Origin: Squalus acanthias
Taxonomy: Eukaryota
Direction: 5' to 3'
Assembly: GCA_030390025.1 (NCBI GenBank)
Contig: JASTWF010000036.1
Coordinates: forward strand, 2,854,001-2,918,000
DNA length: 64,000 bases
Shown here piece after piece: positions 12,688-25,705 of this stretch. Both the position numbers and the translations under genes were made by a program. Below the pieces are notes generated by a model that searched no databases, had not been told where the DNA came from, and saw only the letters and a list, made by a program, of their open reading frames with translations. How positions within the stretch are numbered: position 1 is the first letter of the stretch; every line of letters begins with the position of its first letter.

Positions 12688-13398
12688 AGAGATTTAGGTG
12701 TCCTCGTACAGGAAACACAGTTAGCATGCAGGTACAGAAAGCAACTAGGAAGGCTAATGGCATGTTGGCCTTTATTGCAAGAGGGTTGGAGTACAAGAGT
12801 AAGGAAGTCTTACTGCAATTGTACAGGCCTTTGGTGAGACCACACCTGGAGTACTGTGCACAGTCTTGGCCTCCTTATCTGAGGAAGGATATACTTGCCT
12901 TGGAGGTGGTGCAACAAAGGTTCACTAGATTGATACCTGTGATGAGAGGGCTGTCCTATGAGGAGAGATTGAGTAGAATGGGCCTATACTCTCTGGAGTT
13001 TAGAAGATGAGAGGTGGTCTCATTGAAACATATAAGATACTGAGGTGGATTGACAGGGTAGAAGCCGAGAGGTTGTTACCCCTGACTGGAGTGTCTAGAA
13101 CTAGGGGGCATAGTCTCAGGATAAGGGGTCAGCCATTTAGGACTGAGATGAGGAGGAATTTCTTCACTCAGAGAGTTGTGAATCTTTGAAATTCTCTACC
13201 CCAAAGGGCTGTGGATGCTCAGTCGTTGAGTATATTCAAGGCTGAGATCGATAGATTTTTGGACACGAGGGGAATCAAGGGATATGGAGATCGGGCGGGA
13301 AAGTGGAGTTGAGGTCTATGATCAGCCATGATCTTACTGAATGGCAGAGCAGGCTCGAGGGGCCAAATGGCCGACTCCTGCTCCTAATTCTTATGTTC
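12688..13398 (+). mobile_element. CR1 LINE 3' fragment
   Basis: ORFs 12726..13010 and 13007..13189 (KANGMLAFI...RPHLEYC...RRNFFTQRVVNL); TTCTTATGTT tail. Confidence 0.92.
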
Positions 13399-14011
13399 CC
13401 TGACACAAACAGTCGCAACAAAATATGCTCCACAGCTTAACTGCTTCAAACAAAACATTGTCATCCCCAGAATGTGCTAGAAATTCAGGCTATAAAAACA
13501 ATAATTTTTGTAAATAAATGAATATTGCCTGATGTTTGTACCATGAATCACTGTCCCTTAAATTCTTGAAGGACGTGAGCCAATATCTTCTCCCTATCAC
13601 CAAATTTCTCTATGAATGTGTACCTGCATGCACATCAAGACATGCTTTCTCTCCTGTTCTCAGGGGGGCGGGAACTGTTGCACTAACCTCTCCTTCCTTG
13701 GATGCTTCTGTGCTGGAATCTCTTTCCTACACCATGGGCTGGATTTTTCCAACCTCAGCGGGTCTGGGGCGGGCGATGTCCGTGGCGTGTGGAGACCCCC
13801 GCATCTGTGTCGATCCCGGCCTCCAACAAGATAATCCATTGATGGGGCTTGTTAAGCCTGCCCTGCAAGGTTCCCGGCCAATTAATAGGAAGCGGCTCTG
13901 ATGACGTCATTTGATGCCGCGTCATCAGCCGGTTTCCTTAAAGGGACCATGTCCACAATCATTTTGACAGTTGTGCTGTCAGAGTTCTGCAGCATTGAGG
14001 TGCTGCAAACA

Positions 14012-17000
14012 TAAGAACAGAAGAAATAGGAGCAGGAGTCGGCCATTTGGCCCTTCGAGCCTGCTCCGCCATTCAATAAGATCATGGCTGATCTTCTACC
14101 TCATCTCCACTTTCCTGCACTATCCCCATATCCCTTGATTCCCTTAATATTCAAAAATCTATCGATCTCGGTCTTGAATATACTCAACGACTGAGTCTCC
14201 ACAGCCCTCTGGGGTAGAGAATTCCAAAGATTCACCACCCTCTGTGTGAAGAAATTTCTCCTCCTCTCAGTCCTAAATGGCCGACCCCTTATTCTGAGAC
14301 TGTGACCCCTGGTTCTAGACTCCCCAGCCAGGGGAAACATCCTCTCTGCATCTACTCTGTCAAGTCCTGTAAGAATTTTGTATGTTTCAATGAGATCACC
14401 TCTCATCCTTCTAAACTCTAGAGAATATAGGCCTAGTCTACTCAATCTCTCCTCATAGGACAATCTCCCAATCCCAGGAACAGTCTGGTGAACCTTCGTT
14501 GCACTCCGTCTACAGCAAGTATATCCTTCCTTAGGTAAGGAGACCAAAACTGTACACAATACTCCAGGTGTGGTCTCACCAGGGCCCTATATAAATGCAG
14601 TAAGACGTCTTTACTCTTATACTCAAATCCTCTTGTAATAAAGGCCAACATACCATTTGCTTTCCTAATTGCTTGCTGTACCCGCATGTTAACTTTCAGC
14701 GATTCGTGTACAAGGATACCCAGGTCCCTCTGAACACCAACATTTCCCAATCTCTCACCATTTAAAAAAAATACTCTGCTTTTCTATTTTTCCTACCAAA
14801 GTGGATAACTTCACATTTCTCCACATTATATTCCATTTGCCATGTTCTTGCCCACTCACTTAGCCTGTCTATATCCCCTTGAAGCCTCCTTGCATCCTCC
14901 TCACAACTTACATTCCCACCCAGCTTTGTATCATCAGCAAACTTGGATATATTACATTTGGTCCCCTCATCCAAATCATTAATGTAGATTGTGAATAGCT
15001 GAGGCCCAAGCACTGATCCTTGCGGTACCCCACTAGTTACAGCCTGCCAACCCGAAAATGACCTATTTATTCCTACTCTCTGTTTTCTGTTCGTTAACCA
15101 ATCCTCAATCCATGCTAGTATATTACTCCCAATCCCATGAGCCCTAATTATGTTTAATAACCTCTTGTGTGGCACCTTATCGAATGCCTTCTGAAAATCC
15201 AAATACACCACATCCACTGGTTCCCCCTTATCTATTCTGCTAGTTACAACCTCAAAAAACTCGAACAGATTTGTCAAACACGATTTCCCTTTCATAAATC
15301 TGTGTTGACTCTGCCCAATCCTATTATTATTTTCTAAGTGCCCTATTACCACGTCCTCAATAATAGATTCTAGCATTTCCCCTACTATTGATGTCAGGCT
15401 AACTGGTCTGTAGTTCCCCGTTTTCTCTCTCCCTCCGTTCTTAAATAGTGGGGTTACATTTGCTACCTTCCAATCCGCAGGAACCGTTCCAGAATCTATA
15501 GAATTTTGGAAAATGACAACCAATGCACCCGCTATCTCTATAGCCACCTCTTTCAAAACCCTAGGATGTAGGCCATCGGGTCCAGGTGATTTATCAGCTT
15601 TCAGTCCCATTAATTTCTCCAGTACTATTTTTTTTACTAATACTAATTTCTTTCAGTTCCTCATTCTCGCTAGAAGATTGGTTCTCCAGTATTTCCAGGA
15701 AGTTTTTTGCGTCTTCTTCCGTGAAGACAGACACAAAGTATTTGTTTAATTTCTCTGCCATTTCCTTATTCCCCATTATAACTTCTCCTGTCTCAGCCTG
15801 TAAGGGACCCACATTTACTTTCGCTAATCTTTTCCTTTTTACATACCTATAGAAGCTTTTACAGTCTGTTTTTATGTCTCTTGCTAGTTTACTTTCCCAT
15901 TCTATTTTCCCTTTCTTTATCAATTTCTTGGTCCTCCTTTGCTGAATTCTAAAATCCTCCCAATCCTCAAGCTTACTACTCTTTTTGGCAAAATTATAAG
16001 CTTCTTCCTTTGATCTAATACTATCTTTAACTTATCTTGTCAGCCACGGTTGGACTACTTTTCCTGTGGGGTTTTTGTGCCTTAAAGGAATGTATATTTG
16101 TTGTAATTTATGTATTAATTCTTTTAATGCTAGTCATTGCTTGTCTACCATCATACCTTTTAACGTAGTTTCCCAATCTACTGTAGCCAACTCGCCCCTC
16201 ATACCTACATAGTTTGCTTTGTTTAGATTTAAGACCCTAGTTTCGGATTTAACTAAATCACTTTCAAACTTAATATAAAATTCTATCATATTATGGTCAC
16301 TCTTCTCTAAAGGCCCCTTTACTACAAGGTCTCATTGCACAATACTAGATCTAAAATAGCCTGTTCCCTAGTTGGTTCCTCAACATTCTGATCTTGAAAA
16401 CTATCTTGCAGACATTCCATGAATTCGTCCTCCACACTATTGCTGCAAATTTGGTTTGCCCAGTCTATATGTAGATTTAAGTCCCCCATGATTACTGTAT
16501 TACCCTTGTTAGATCTGCCTCTAATTTCCTGATTTATACTCTGCCCTACATTACAACTACTGTTTGGGGGCCTATAAACAACTCCCACCAATGTTTTCTG
16601 CCCCTTGCTGATTCTTAGCTCCACCCAAACTGATTCTACTTCTTGATTTTCGGAGCTAAGATCCTTTCTCTCTACTGTCTTTCTCCCATCCTTTATTATC
16701 AGGGCTACCCCTCATCCTTTTCCATTTTGCCTATCTCTTCTAAAAGTTAAGTATCCTGGAATATTTTGTTCCCAACCTTGGCCACTATGCAACCACGTCT
16801 CCGTTATGGCTATTAGATCAAACCTGTTAATTTCTATCTGCGCTATTAATTCATCTATTTTGTTGCGAATGCTTCACACATTCAGATATAGTGCCTTTAG
16901 CTTTGACTTATTTCTATTTTTCCCTGATGTCACCTTAGTTACTGATGCCTTATTACCTTTGTTACCTAGGGCAACACGGTGGCATAGTGGTTCGCACTGT

Positions 17001-17717
17001 TGCCTCACAGCGCCAGGGACCCGGGTTCGAATCTGGCATCGGGTGACTGTCTGTGTGGAGTTTGCACATTCTCCCCGTGTCTGCGTGGGTTTCCTCCGGG
17101 TGCTCCGGTTTCCTCCCACAGTCCAAAGATGTGCGGGTTAGGTTGATTTGGCTATGATAAATGGACCCTTAGTGTTAGGGGGATTAAATACATGGGATTA
17201 CGGGGATAGGGTGGGATATGTGTCGGTGCAGGCTCGATGGGCCGAAATGGCCTCTATCTGCATTGTGGGGATTCTGTGATTCTGTTACTCTCTCTGACCC
17301 ACTCTGCTTATTTTTACCCAAAACTCTACTCTACTCTAGAGCCTTGACATTTCTCTCGCTGCTTTTAAATTTACTCTTTCCTGAATTCTCCCCCCCACCC
17401 CCCCCCCCCTTCATTAGTTTAAAGTCCTGTCTACTGCCCTAGTTATTCAGTTCGCCAGGACACTGGTCTCAGCCCGGTTTATGTGGAGCCCGTCCCAACG
17501 GAACAGCTCTCTCTTTCCCCAGTACTGGTGCCAGTGCCCCGTGAACTGAAACCCCTTCCTCCCACACCACTCTTTGAGCCACGCATTTAAACCTCTAATC
17601 TGTTTGTCCCTTTGCGAATTTGCGTGTGGCTCAGGTAACAATCCAGATATTATTACCTTTGAGGTTCTGCTTTTTAATTTGGATCCTAGCTCCTCAAACC
17701 CCCTCAGCAGAACTTCA
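14012..17717 (-). mobile_element. CR1 LINE, long copy: ORF1 esterase C-terminus plus frameshifted ORF2
   Basis: ORF1 part VIISGLLPEP...LNAWLKEWC...FRWDGLHIN (SGNH-esterase-type DxxH motif of CR1 ORF1); ORF2 pieces VGVVYRPPNS, LDFQKAFDKVPH, FADDTK; 7-bp TSD GCAAACA (14005-11, 17718-24). Confidence 0.95.
16966..17282 (+). mobile_element. tRNA-derived V-SINE (HE1-like) inserted in CR1
   Basis: A box TGGCATAGTGG, B box GGTTCGAATC, V domain TGTGTGGAGTTTGCACATTCTCCCCGTGTCTGCGTGGGTTTCCTCCGGGTGCTCCGGTTTCCTCCCACA, CR1-like tail GATTCTGT; TSD TGTTAC. Confidence 0.9.
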
Positions 17718-17724
17718 GCAAACA

Positions 17725-17960
17725 CTGACAAGCACTGCGCAAAGGTGCGCAGTTGCACCCAGGCTCTCCCATTACTCCCTCCATATGCTTATGGAGGGAG
17801 TCACAGCACGCAGGGAGGTTCTCTTCCCTTCCAATGGGCAGAAGACACCTCCCCCAGAGACCAACACAGCCTGGTTGCACATTGCACAAGAGGGCAGAAG
17901 CAGGGATGTCGTCAGGGACCTGGCAATGGTGCAAACCTTTCAATGATCTCAATAGATCAC
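17725..17960 (+). pseudogene. Harbinger Myb/SANT-like DNA-binding protein exon, frameshifted
   Basis: APRLSHYSLHMLMEGVTARREVLFPSNG...AWLHIAQEG.../TWQWCKPFNDL fits the Myb_DNA-bind_5 (NAIF1-like) pattern. Confidence 0.75.
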
Positions 17961-20294
17961 AAATCGTTACTGCAAAGCCACACTCAGCCTCATCCTGCTG
18001 TGCCTCTCATCACATCCCCATCACTCTGCCTTCCCTACCCTACTCCTGCACATCCTTACTCACACCAACTTACCTTGCACCTCCACCCATCGCTCTCTAT
18101 CTACATTATCACTTCCCCATCTCACGAGCCACCCCTCACACTCACCCTCATCCTTGTCCAATCATACCAACTAACAACACACAAGCATAGACAGTTGGGT
18201 GTTATCGCCAATGTTCATGTAAAGTTTCTGTTAATGTGTTGTGAAACAATGAAATCTTTATTTTTAACACTTTGCCTTCTTGGATAGATATGTGTGCACC
18301 TTTGGAAATGGCTTAGTGAGTTGCAGTGAATGTTGAGACATAACGGTATCCCCCGCAATGGTGATGATTGTGAAAGGAATGGCTTGGGCATTGTAGGGAT
18401 GCTTTATGATGTTGGTGTGGGGTGGTGCCAACCTGGCACATCATGTGGCAGCCAGGATGTACTTCATCAAGTGAAGTAAATCTGGCCATGGTGAGGCCAT
18501 CCTTGGCCTCCCGGGCAGCAATGTTGTCGGGTGCTGATGGCCTGTGTCCTGTGCAGCATCAGGTGATTGCAGAGAAGGTTGGTATTGTTGTTGGTGCTGC
18601 TGGTGTGCCTGGTGCTGCTGGTGTTGGGGCTGATTGTGGTGGGATTCTGAGGACCAAGGTGAGATTTTTTCAAGGGCACCGATGCTGATGGAATAGCTGG
18701 CAGCTGAAGTTGAGATGACAGAAGTGATCTGTCAATGATGAGAGAGGTTGCTCCAAGGAGGTAACACTGGATAGAGAATTTGCTCCAAACACTTCAAACC
18801 TCCATAAAGCTGAAAAGCATCTTCCAAATCCTGAAGGCGCCAGCCTCTAAGATTGGAAAGTGACCAGCTGTGAAATGGTAGGTTTTATACCACTTTTGCA
18901 CCTGTCACCTATTCACAGAAATGGAGAGTTGTTTAAAACCCGACACACTTACCTGGCATGATCCCTGAGCGACGTGAATCTCGTGGAAAACTTGGGAAAA
19001 TGGTTTGTACCTGGTAAAATGCTGATTAGATTGCTTTAAACACACTGTTAACTATCTCAGTTGTCTGACCCGCCGCTTAGTGCCGGGTCTGCAAAGCACA
19101 GGCAGAGCCGGCACTAGGGAAACTCACAAGGAGGCGGGTTCAGAGCAGGATACTGCCCCGCTGTCAATCTTTTTGATTTTGGCAGCGAACCCGCCCTCTG
19201 AGCGCCAGCAAATTCAGCCCCATGTAATGGAAAATTATGGAGAATTGGTTTATTCTGATTTGGGCTTCAGAATTTATCCTTCTTTTAATCTGAAAGCCAA
19301 GGCCACAATGCTACTGTACCACTAGAGAAAGGATTATCAGGATCAGGTATATTTATATACTCATCATTACACCAGCAAGAAACATGGACATATCTCCCCA
19401 AGTTAAAACAGATGAATAAACAGATTAAATTCCAACACTAGTAGACATTTCTCCATGCCCCCTCAATCCCAACAACAATAAAGCATTAGGTTATAAAATG
19501 CAAAGACTAAGAAAGAAATAAAGCTATCTGAAGCCCCGTCACAGATATCAATCAAGAGTTGCAAACCAGTAATGTGCGATAATATAAGACAGATGATAGC
19601 GAGTCGGCAGCCCGTTTTACATCTCTACTGATGTTTACTTCAAATGGAAGTGAAAATGGGGAAGAGATGTAAAGCGGGTCAAGATCTACCCTATTGTCCT
19701 TGTACACAAGTGGTATTTTCATTCACAAAAATAGGGGCATTTGAAAAGGTCTGAATTAGAGTTAAATTACAAAATGCAACCCAAAGTGTCCCAAAACAGA
19801 GGATAAATCCTGTGCAACCCTCATCACCATGCTAGGACTTTTTAGCAAGATAAAACTGGTTTTGTCCACTGCCATTTAGGGGTTGGGAGTGGTGGCGGGT
19901 GGATTAGCCAGCGGATAACTAATTATTCGCTCCCTGATACCAGAGGCCAAATCAATTCTCGACGTGCCATCAAAAGGTTCAGCAGTACCAGCCAGGATGC
20001 AGGAAATGGAAAACTCCTCACAGGTTGGACAAACTGAAACAATTTTTTTCAACACTTCTGATGGGACTTATTCAATTTACTAGGCCTACAGTATTGCTCT
20101 CTTTCATAGAAGAGCCAAAGTTGAATTGAGGTGGGGTAGAAGAAAGAAAGAGAAACACACATTGGACCCATTTCCATGAAGTTGCCAATACAAATATATT
20201 TTCATCAACAAGTTTAAACATGGAGAAGAGAATGATATATTCAAGAAAACCTGGAAAATTCCAACATAATGTATATTTGAAACCTCTGCCCATG

Positions 20295-20600
20295 CAGGTC
20301 TTAGCCAGAGCATCAGTATGGGTGTTACTATTTGCCTCAGTGCCCCTGGGCTAAGGAGGGCTGAACAAAAAGATCAGGTAGGTTTGCTGTTACTGATCAG
20401 TATTAAGTGACCTGTGCTGGAAAGTGCATGTCTGTGGGTGTCAGATTAGGACAAGATCAAGCTCAGCTGTGATGCCTTGCATACACCAATAATCTGACAA
20501 TAATCACTGTCTAGGATCACAATAGAACAGTGGCGACTTAGGGCAAAGTACTGGAAGACTGCCAGCACCTATAGCCCAACAAGAAACGGAGGAGAGAAAG
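20295..20600 (+). mobile_element. LF-SINE-like copy
   Basis: TTGCCTCAGTGCCCCTGGGCTAAGGAGGG...GTGACCTGTGCTGGAAAGTGCATG...GGACAAGATCAAGCTCAGCTGTGATGCC...CACTGTCTAGGATCAC; homologous to the 775-4310 and 38615-38990 copies. Confidence 0.65.
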
Positions 20601-20645
20601 GGGATAACACCTGAAAAAACTATCAACCACTAGTCAAATCTAACA

Positions 20646-20766
20646 CAATAGCAAAATACTGCGGATGCTGGAAATCTGACGAAGGGTTCGACCTGAAACG
20701 TTGACTCTGTTTCTCCTCTCCTCGATGCTGCCTGACCTGCTGAGTGTTTCCAACACTTTCTGTTGT
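20646..20766 (+). mobile_element. Penelope-like pLTR fragment (family B) with hammerhead core
   Basis: CTGACGA-AGG GTTCGA CCT-GAAAC-GTT at 20676-20702, then GATGCTGCCTGACCTGCTGAGTGTTTCC; 15-bp TSD TAG(T/C)CAAATCTAACA (20631-45, 20767-81). Confidence 0.75.
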
Positions 20767-23431
20767 TAGCCAAATCTAACAATTGACTTAAGCTCTAACT
20801 TCCAGAATTCGCTGACACTGCAGAAACAGAAGCAACTTTTATTTCTATGCAATTTGAGGTAAACTAGATTAATCAGCTAGATTGCAGAGCTTGATGGCAA
20901 TTATTAACAGATCTTAACAATTCCTTAACTAATAAAAGCTCATTCTCTATCACCTCAATGGGAGAAGATTGCCTCTGCATATAAGATGTAGCACAATTTT
21001 AAATGCGTTCTAAAGAACACGTTTATGATTTCACTGCAACCAGCACACGGAGGAAATCTTCCCATATTTTATTTGTAGAACAAGTCGTAATTTAAAAAAA
21101 TATAATAAAAGGTCAACAAATTTGTCAATACAAAACCAGTTGATCCACAACTTAATGTGGATTGTCCACATGTATTCGGAAAGTCCACAATACAGATAAA
21201 AAATGGGCTTTGAAATTGGATAAGATCAGCATTATTTTTGAAGCTTTTAAAAATTTTAAGTTAAATTATTTAAGACATTTCTGAAATGGGGCAAATCATC
21301 TTTATATCTTCCAAAATTAAAGTTTCAATCTGTGGTACTTTTCATTCATTAATTTGAAATCTCATCTCCCTATTTAATTCTTTGCAGACTATTACTGTTA
21401 TTAACACAAAAAGTCTCCTATTTGTAGTCAGGCACATACAAGACTACATTGTCTTAGGTATTCCATTTATTAGGTACGCTCTGTTTTCTGCAATACCTGT
21501 CTGTCTTTAAAACTCTTCCTCAACGTTATTTGCATCACTCCAGCCTGGCTCAGGTATGGGAATCAAACTCCTGGAAGTAGTCAGAGGATTATTTTCCTGA
21601 AATCAGTCCAAGTTTTCGATGTTTTCTTGGATCCCTGCCCATAATGGAAACAAGATCCAAACTAACTCGGTCAGAAAAAGCAAAGGCGCACCAATCAGTG
21701 GTGTGCAGTCTGTGCTACTCCTCGAGCAGCTTCAGCACTAAGTGCTGAAACTCAGAGCAGGCACTCTTAAAGGGGCAGCACCCTGCAGGGAAACATAGCC
21801 TCTCCTGTGGTGTGGAAGGAGGAGCAGAGGCAAATCATAGGAAGGAAATGGGCAATGTTTATAGGAGCCAGAATCTTAGAAATTTGCTAGATTAACTCTT
21901 TGATAGTTGAATACAGATCTCTATTTCTTGCATCTGCAAGAAGAATCTTATCTTTTGTAATTAATGCTGTCAAGTACATGGATAATGTTATAGTGTGCTG
22001 GAACTAAAACGAACATTGCTAAATGCTACAAATGTTATTAAAAGTGTTCAATAATATTGCTTTACTGTCCTGTCCAAAGTGAAGTATTTGTCCCTCCCTT
22101 TTCTGGCTGCCAGGTTCAGTTAATTCACTGCAATTGCCACAAGAGTAAGGACTCCCAAGCTTCAAACTCACAGCTTGATACTTGTAATCATGCTCATAAA
22201 TAAGGGACAGCACCATTAACCACAGGATATCCCACAGGAGTCTGTGGAATTTCAAAAAATATTCAACCAGTGACGTTGACCTTATTATCCAGGAGCAACA
22301 AATTCACAAGTGAGTTATGTGGGTCAGGTCACAAATGGAGCATTTTTGTACCCTCTGGACTCCATTAAGATGTTCCACTTTGGCCACTCTTCCCAGTTTT
22401 AAAACCTTTCACTTTTAGAATAACTTGTCATTTTTGTTTCCTGTGACTGGTTTACGATGGACCAGAGAATATCCATCAAACTCTGGTAATAAGAACATAA
22501 GAAGTAGGAGCAGGAGTAGGCCATAATGTCGATTAGTTGAATCAAGTTACTGAAGGTGTCTCAGTTAAACAGTTGTCGAAGCAGAGTGAGGATCGTGGAA
22601 TGGAATTGTTTCATATGATCTCCGAAATCTCGGCAGACAAAGATCTGGGACTTAGTTAAGAACTGCTGTGTTCGGATTAGGAAGAGAAGTCAGGCAGAAC
22701 ATTTTCCACTGATAGGTTAATAGAATGTGAAGTTACCACAGAAGGTCATTGAAGCAGACAGTAAAAGTGGGTTTAAGAGACAATCAATAATGTTTCTGGA
22801 GAGGGAGGGATATGATGAGAGACTAGGTAAAAAGGAGTTAATTGATCAAAAAGGGACGGGCTGTTTGAGCCCAGTGACCTTTTCCTGTTCCTAAAAATGT
22901 CTTATGTTTTTATGACTTGGGTCTGGATGGAAATTACTGGCCTCAGCCCACTTGTGCTATCAGTTAGGTGCTGAAGTGAATCTAGTGTCAGGTCAATTCT
23001 GAAACAACACTGGCAGTGAAAACTTTGCTTGACCACATAAGCTGGAAGTGGGAAAGTACATAAGGTCACCTCTGCAGTAGTAAGTTTAATGACCGCAGCA
23101 GTCACGAGTTTCCTCGTCCAGTGCAGTTAGCTAGATAACAGCTGGGTCTGGGGTTGCTCGATAACACAGGCACCAACAACACAAGAAGAGCAATGCTCAA
23201 TAGTGTCACTTTGGTGCAGCCATAGCTACTAAGGTGATCCAACCAACATTTCAACAAGAATCTTTTCACTAATTAACTCAATCAAATGTTTGGCTAGACA
23301 GACTGTACATCATTTCCCTTACTATTGTCAGAATGGTTAATTTGATTGTTTTACCTGTTACATTCTCTGGTTTGGTGCTAATGGACCTCTAAACAAGTGA
23401 TGAACTACAATTCAGCTTGGCTTATATATAA

Positions 23432-23527
23432 TAACAACAGAAAGTGCTGGAAACACTCAGCGGATCAGGCAGCATCGAGGAGAGAGAAACAGAGTCAACG
23501 TTTCGGGTCGAACCCTTCGTCAGAACT
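23432..23527 (-). mobile_element. Penelope-like pLTR fragment (family B)
   Basis: Reverse complement is nearly identical to 20676-20766. Confidence 0.75.
23493..23527 (-). ncRNA. Minimal type I hammerhead ribozyme motif
   Basis: AGUU-CUGACGA-A-GGG UUCGA CCC-GAAAC-GUU-GACU: core CUGANGA/GAAA, stem II GGG/CCC, stem I AGUU/GACU, self-complementary AACGUU at stem III. Confidence 0.7.
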
Positions 23528-24399
23528 ATCAGACTGAGTGAATTTCTGTTAAGTAAGTGCAGTTGACTCACAATGAGCACAGGGAATTAAAATAGACCAG
23601 GCCACTGCCCCTTCACTCCAATCAAACAGAACCATAATTGGCCAAACCACTTCCCATTCATTCCCATCACACAGAATTCAAATGGACTAAACAATAGTAC
23701 AGTATTGAATCTTTGGAAGACATGACAGATAATAATGTGTGAGCATGAGGATTATAAACATAGACATCGTATAAATGTACATCGTACAAATACAGACAGT
23801 GTATAAATGAGAATGATCTGATGATCAATTAAGCAGATGCAACCGATTGGAAAAATGAGCAGAGTTCCATTGCGCCAGATTTCCATCCATTTAGCGTCCC
23901 ATCTAATTTTGTGGTCAGATTTTGTACTGCCGTTAAGTGCCAGCTGCACCTTTGGGTTCTCATCCTTTGCCTCCTTCCAGACACTCAGCTGTAATGTCCT
24001 CCATGGTTTAACAACCCACTGACACCAACTTGCCAAGCTCACATATGAAGAACAGAAACTTGAGCAAGATTCAGAAGGGCAGCCCCCATGTGTGGAACAC
24101 TATCCCAGCATGAATTACTGAGGTGGGTAAGGGGAGAAAATTAGAGAGGTGGGTGGAAGAAAACAAAGTAGTATTCTGAAATAAAAATATGAACATGTAT
24201 TGAATATTCTGAAGGTTGATAATGAGAGTACTGATTTGAAATATTTAAAACTAATCTTTACCGATCTACACTGTGGGGGAAAAAAATAATAATTCAACAG
24301 ACAATTTAAAAAGAGGAGCAATAATAAGGGGCAGCTGTCCCTAATGACAGCTCTGGATAGGAAGAAGAGTCATGAAGCTTTGAGTGACTCAGGCAAAGA

Positions 24400-25330
24400 A
24401 AACAGTAACAACTTGCATTTATATAGTATGTTTAACGTAGAAAAAACATTCCAAGGCACTTCACAGATGTGTAAGGAAAAAAGAGACACTGAGCTGAAGA
24501 AAGAGATATTTGGTGGGGTGACCAAGAGCTTGGTCGAAGAGGTGGGTTTTAAGGAGGGTCATGAAGGAAGAGAGGGAGGTGGTGAGGTGGAAGGGTTTAA
24601 GGGAAGGAATTCCAGGGCGTGGAACCTAGACAGCTGTAGGTATGGCCACCAATGGTGGGGCAAAAGGAGGGGAGGATACACAAGAGGCCAGAGTCAGAGG
24701 AATGGAGAGTTTGCAGGAGGGGAGGGTTATAAGGCTGGAGGAGGTTACAGAGATAGGGAGGGGAGAGGCCATGAAGGGATTTGAACAGGAGGATGAGAAT
24801 TTTAAACTTGAGGCATAGGTGACCAATAGCCAATGTAGGTCAGCGATCATAAGGGTGATGGGTGAACAGGACTTGGTATGAGTCAGGATACAGAAAGCAG
24901 CGTTTTGGATGAGCTGAAGTTTACAGAAGGCGGAGGATGGGTCTGGAGAGCATTGGAATAGTTAAGTCTGGAGGTGACAAAGGCATGGTTGAGATTTTGA
25001 ACAGTAGATGGTCTGAGGCAGGGGCAGAGACAGGTGATGTTACATAGGTGGAAGTAGGTGGTCTTTGTGATGAAGAGGATGTGGGGTCAGAAACTCAGCT
25101 TGGGGTTGAATAGGATGCTGAGGTTGTAAACAGTTTGGTTCAGACTGAGACACTGGCTGGGCAAAGGAATGGAATCAGTGGAAAGGGTATAGAGTGTGTG
25201 GCGGGGCCAAATGGGTTCAGTCTTCCTACATTTAGTTGGAGGAAATTACAGCTCATCCAAGGCTGGATGTTGAACAAGCAGTTTGACAACACAGAGGCAG
25301 TGGAGAGGTCGCAAGAGATGGTGGAAACCC
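24400..25330 (-). mobile_element. L2 LINE 3' fragment, degenerate
   Basis: LKFKILILLFKSLHGLSPPYLCNLLQP in ORF 24597..24833; same 3' end as the 7493 copy. Confidence 0.85.
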
Positions 25331-25380
25331 TTCCAGCCTGTAGGGATCCTAAACTCACATGAGAATAAAAGAAAATCTAT

Positions 25381-25705
25381 GGGGGAAAAATTGAGTCGCG
25401 CCCCCTAGTGCCCCGAAAAAATTAGTGCCCCCCGCGGCGGAAATTCATCAGTAGCGCCCCAAGAGGGAAGCGGGGCGCTACTGGAAGCGATACCGAAGAT
25501 CACGGCCGGGGCTCGAGCGGGGTGCTGCGCACGGCGATGACGTCATCGCTGGCGGAACAGCGCTGCGGGGCACTAACGATTACCGCTGCCGCTAACCTCC
25601 CGCTGAATTTCGCGGGAGGCGCTGGTGGTGCCGTGCCCAGGTGCTAGTTGCTTTGCGCCCTCTTAGGGCGCTAACGGGAGGCGCAAAGCAACCGAATTTT
25701 TCCCC
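25381..25705. mobile_element. GC-rich MITE (AGCGCC/GGCGCT-rich family)
   Basis: TIRs GGGGGAAAAATTGAGT and ACCGAATTTTTCCCC with TAT on both flanks; its right end is the reverse complement homologue of the left end of 41518-42584. Confidence 0.75.

Larger units (their letters stand above)
13736..19220. mobile_element. Non-autonomous PIF/Harbinger-type DNA transposon, copy A (interrupted by CR1 at 14012-17717)
   Basis: TIRs GGGCTGGATTTTT and GCAAATTCAGCCC; 3-bp TSD CAT (13733-35, 19221-23); Myb/SANT exon at ~17725-17960 (+); transposase-end remnants at ~18465-18685 (-); homologous in opposite orientation to 47349-49228. Confidence 0.85.

Noticed and set aside
16969..17045. tRNA gene (also ~37225-37299 and the DeuSINE heads)
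   Set aside because: A/B boxes run directly into SINE body and LINE-derived tail; these are SINE heads.
17574..18287. 237-aa ORF
   Set aside because: Chimeric read-through from antisense CR1 into Harbinger sequence in a non-Myb frame.
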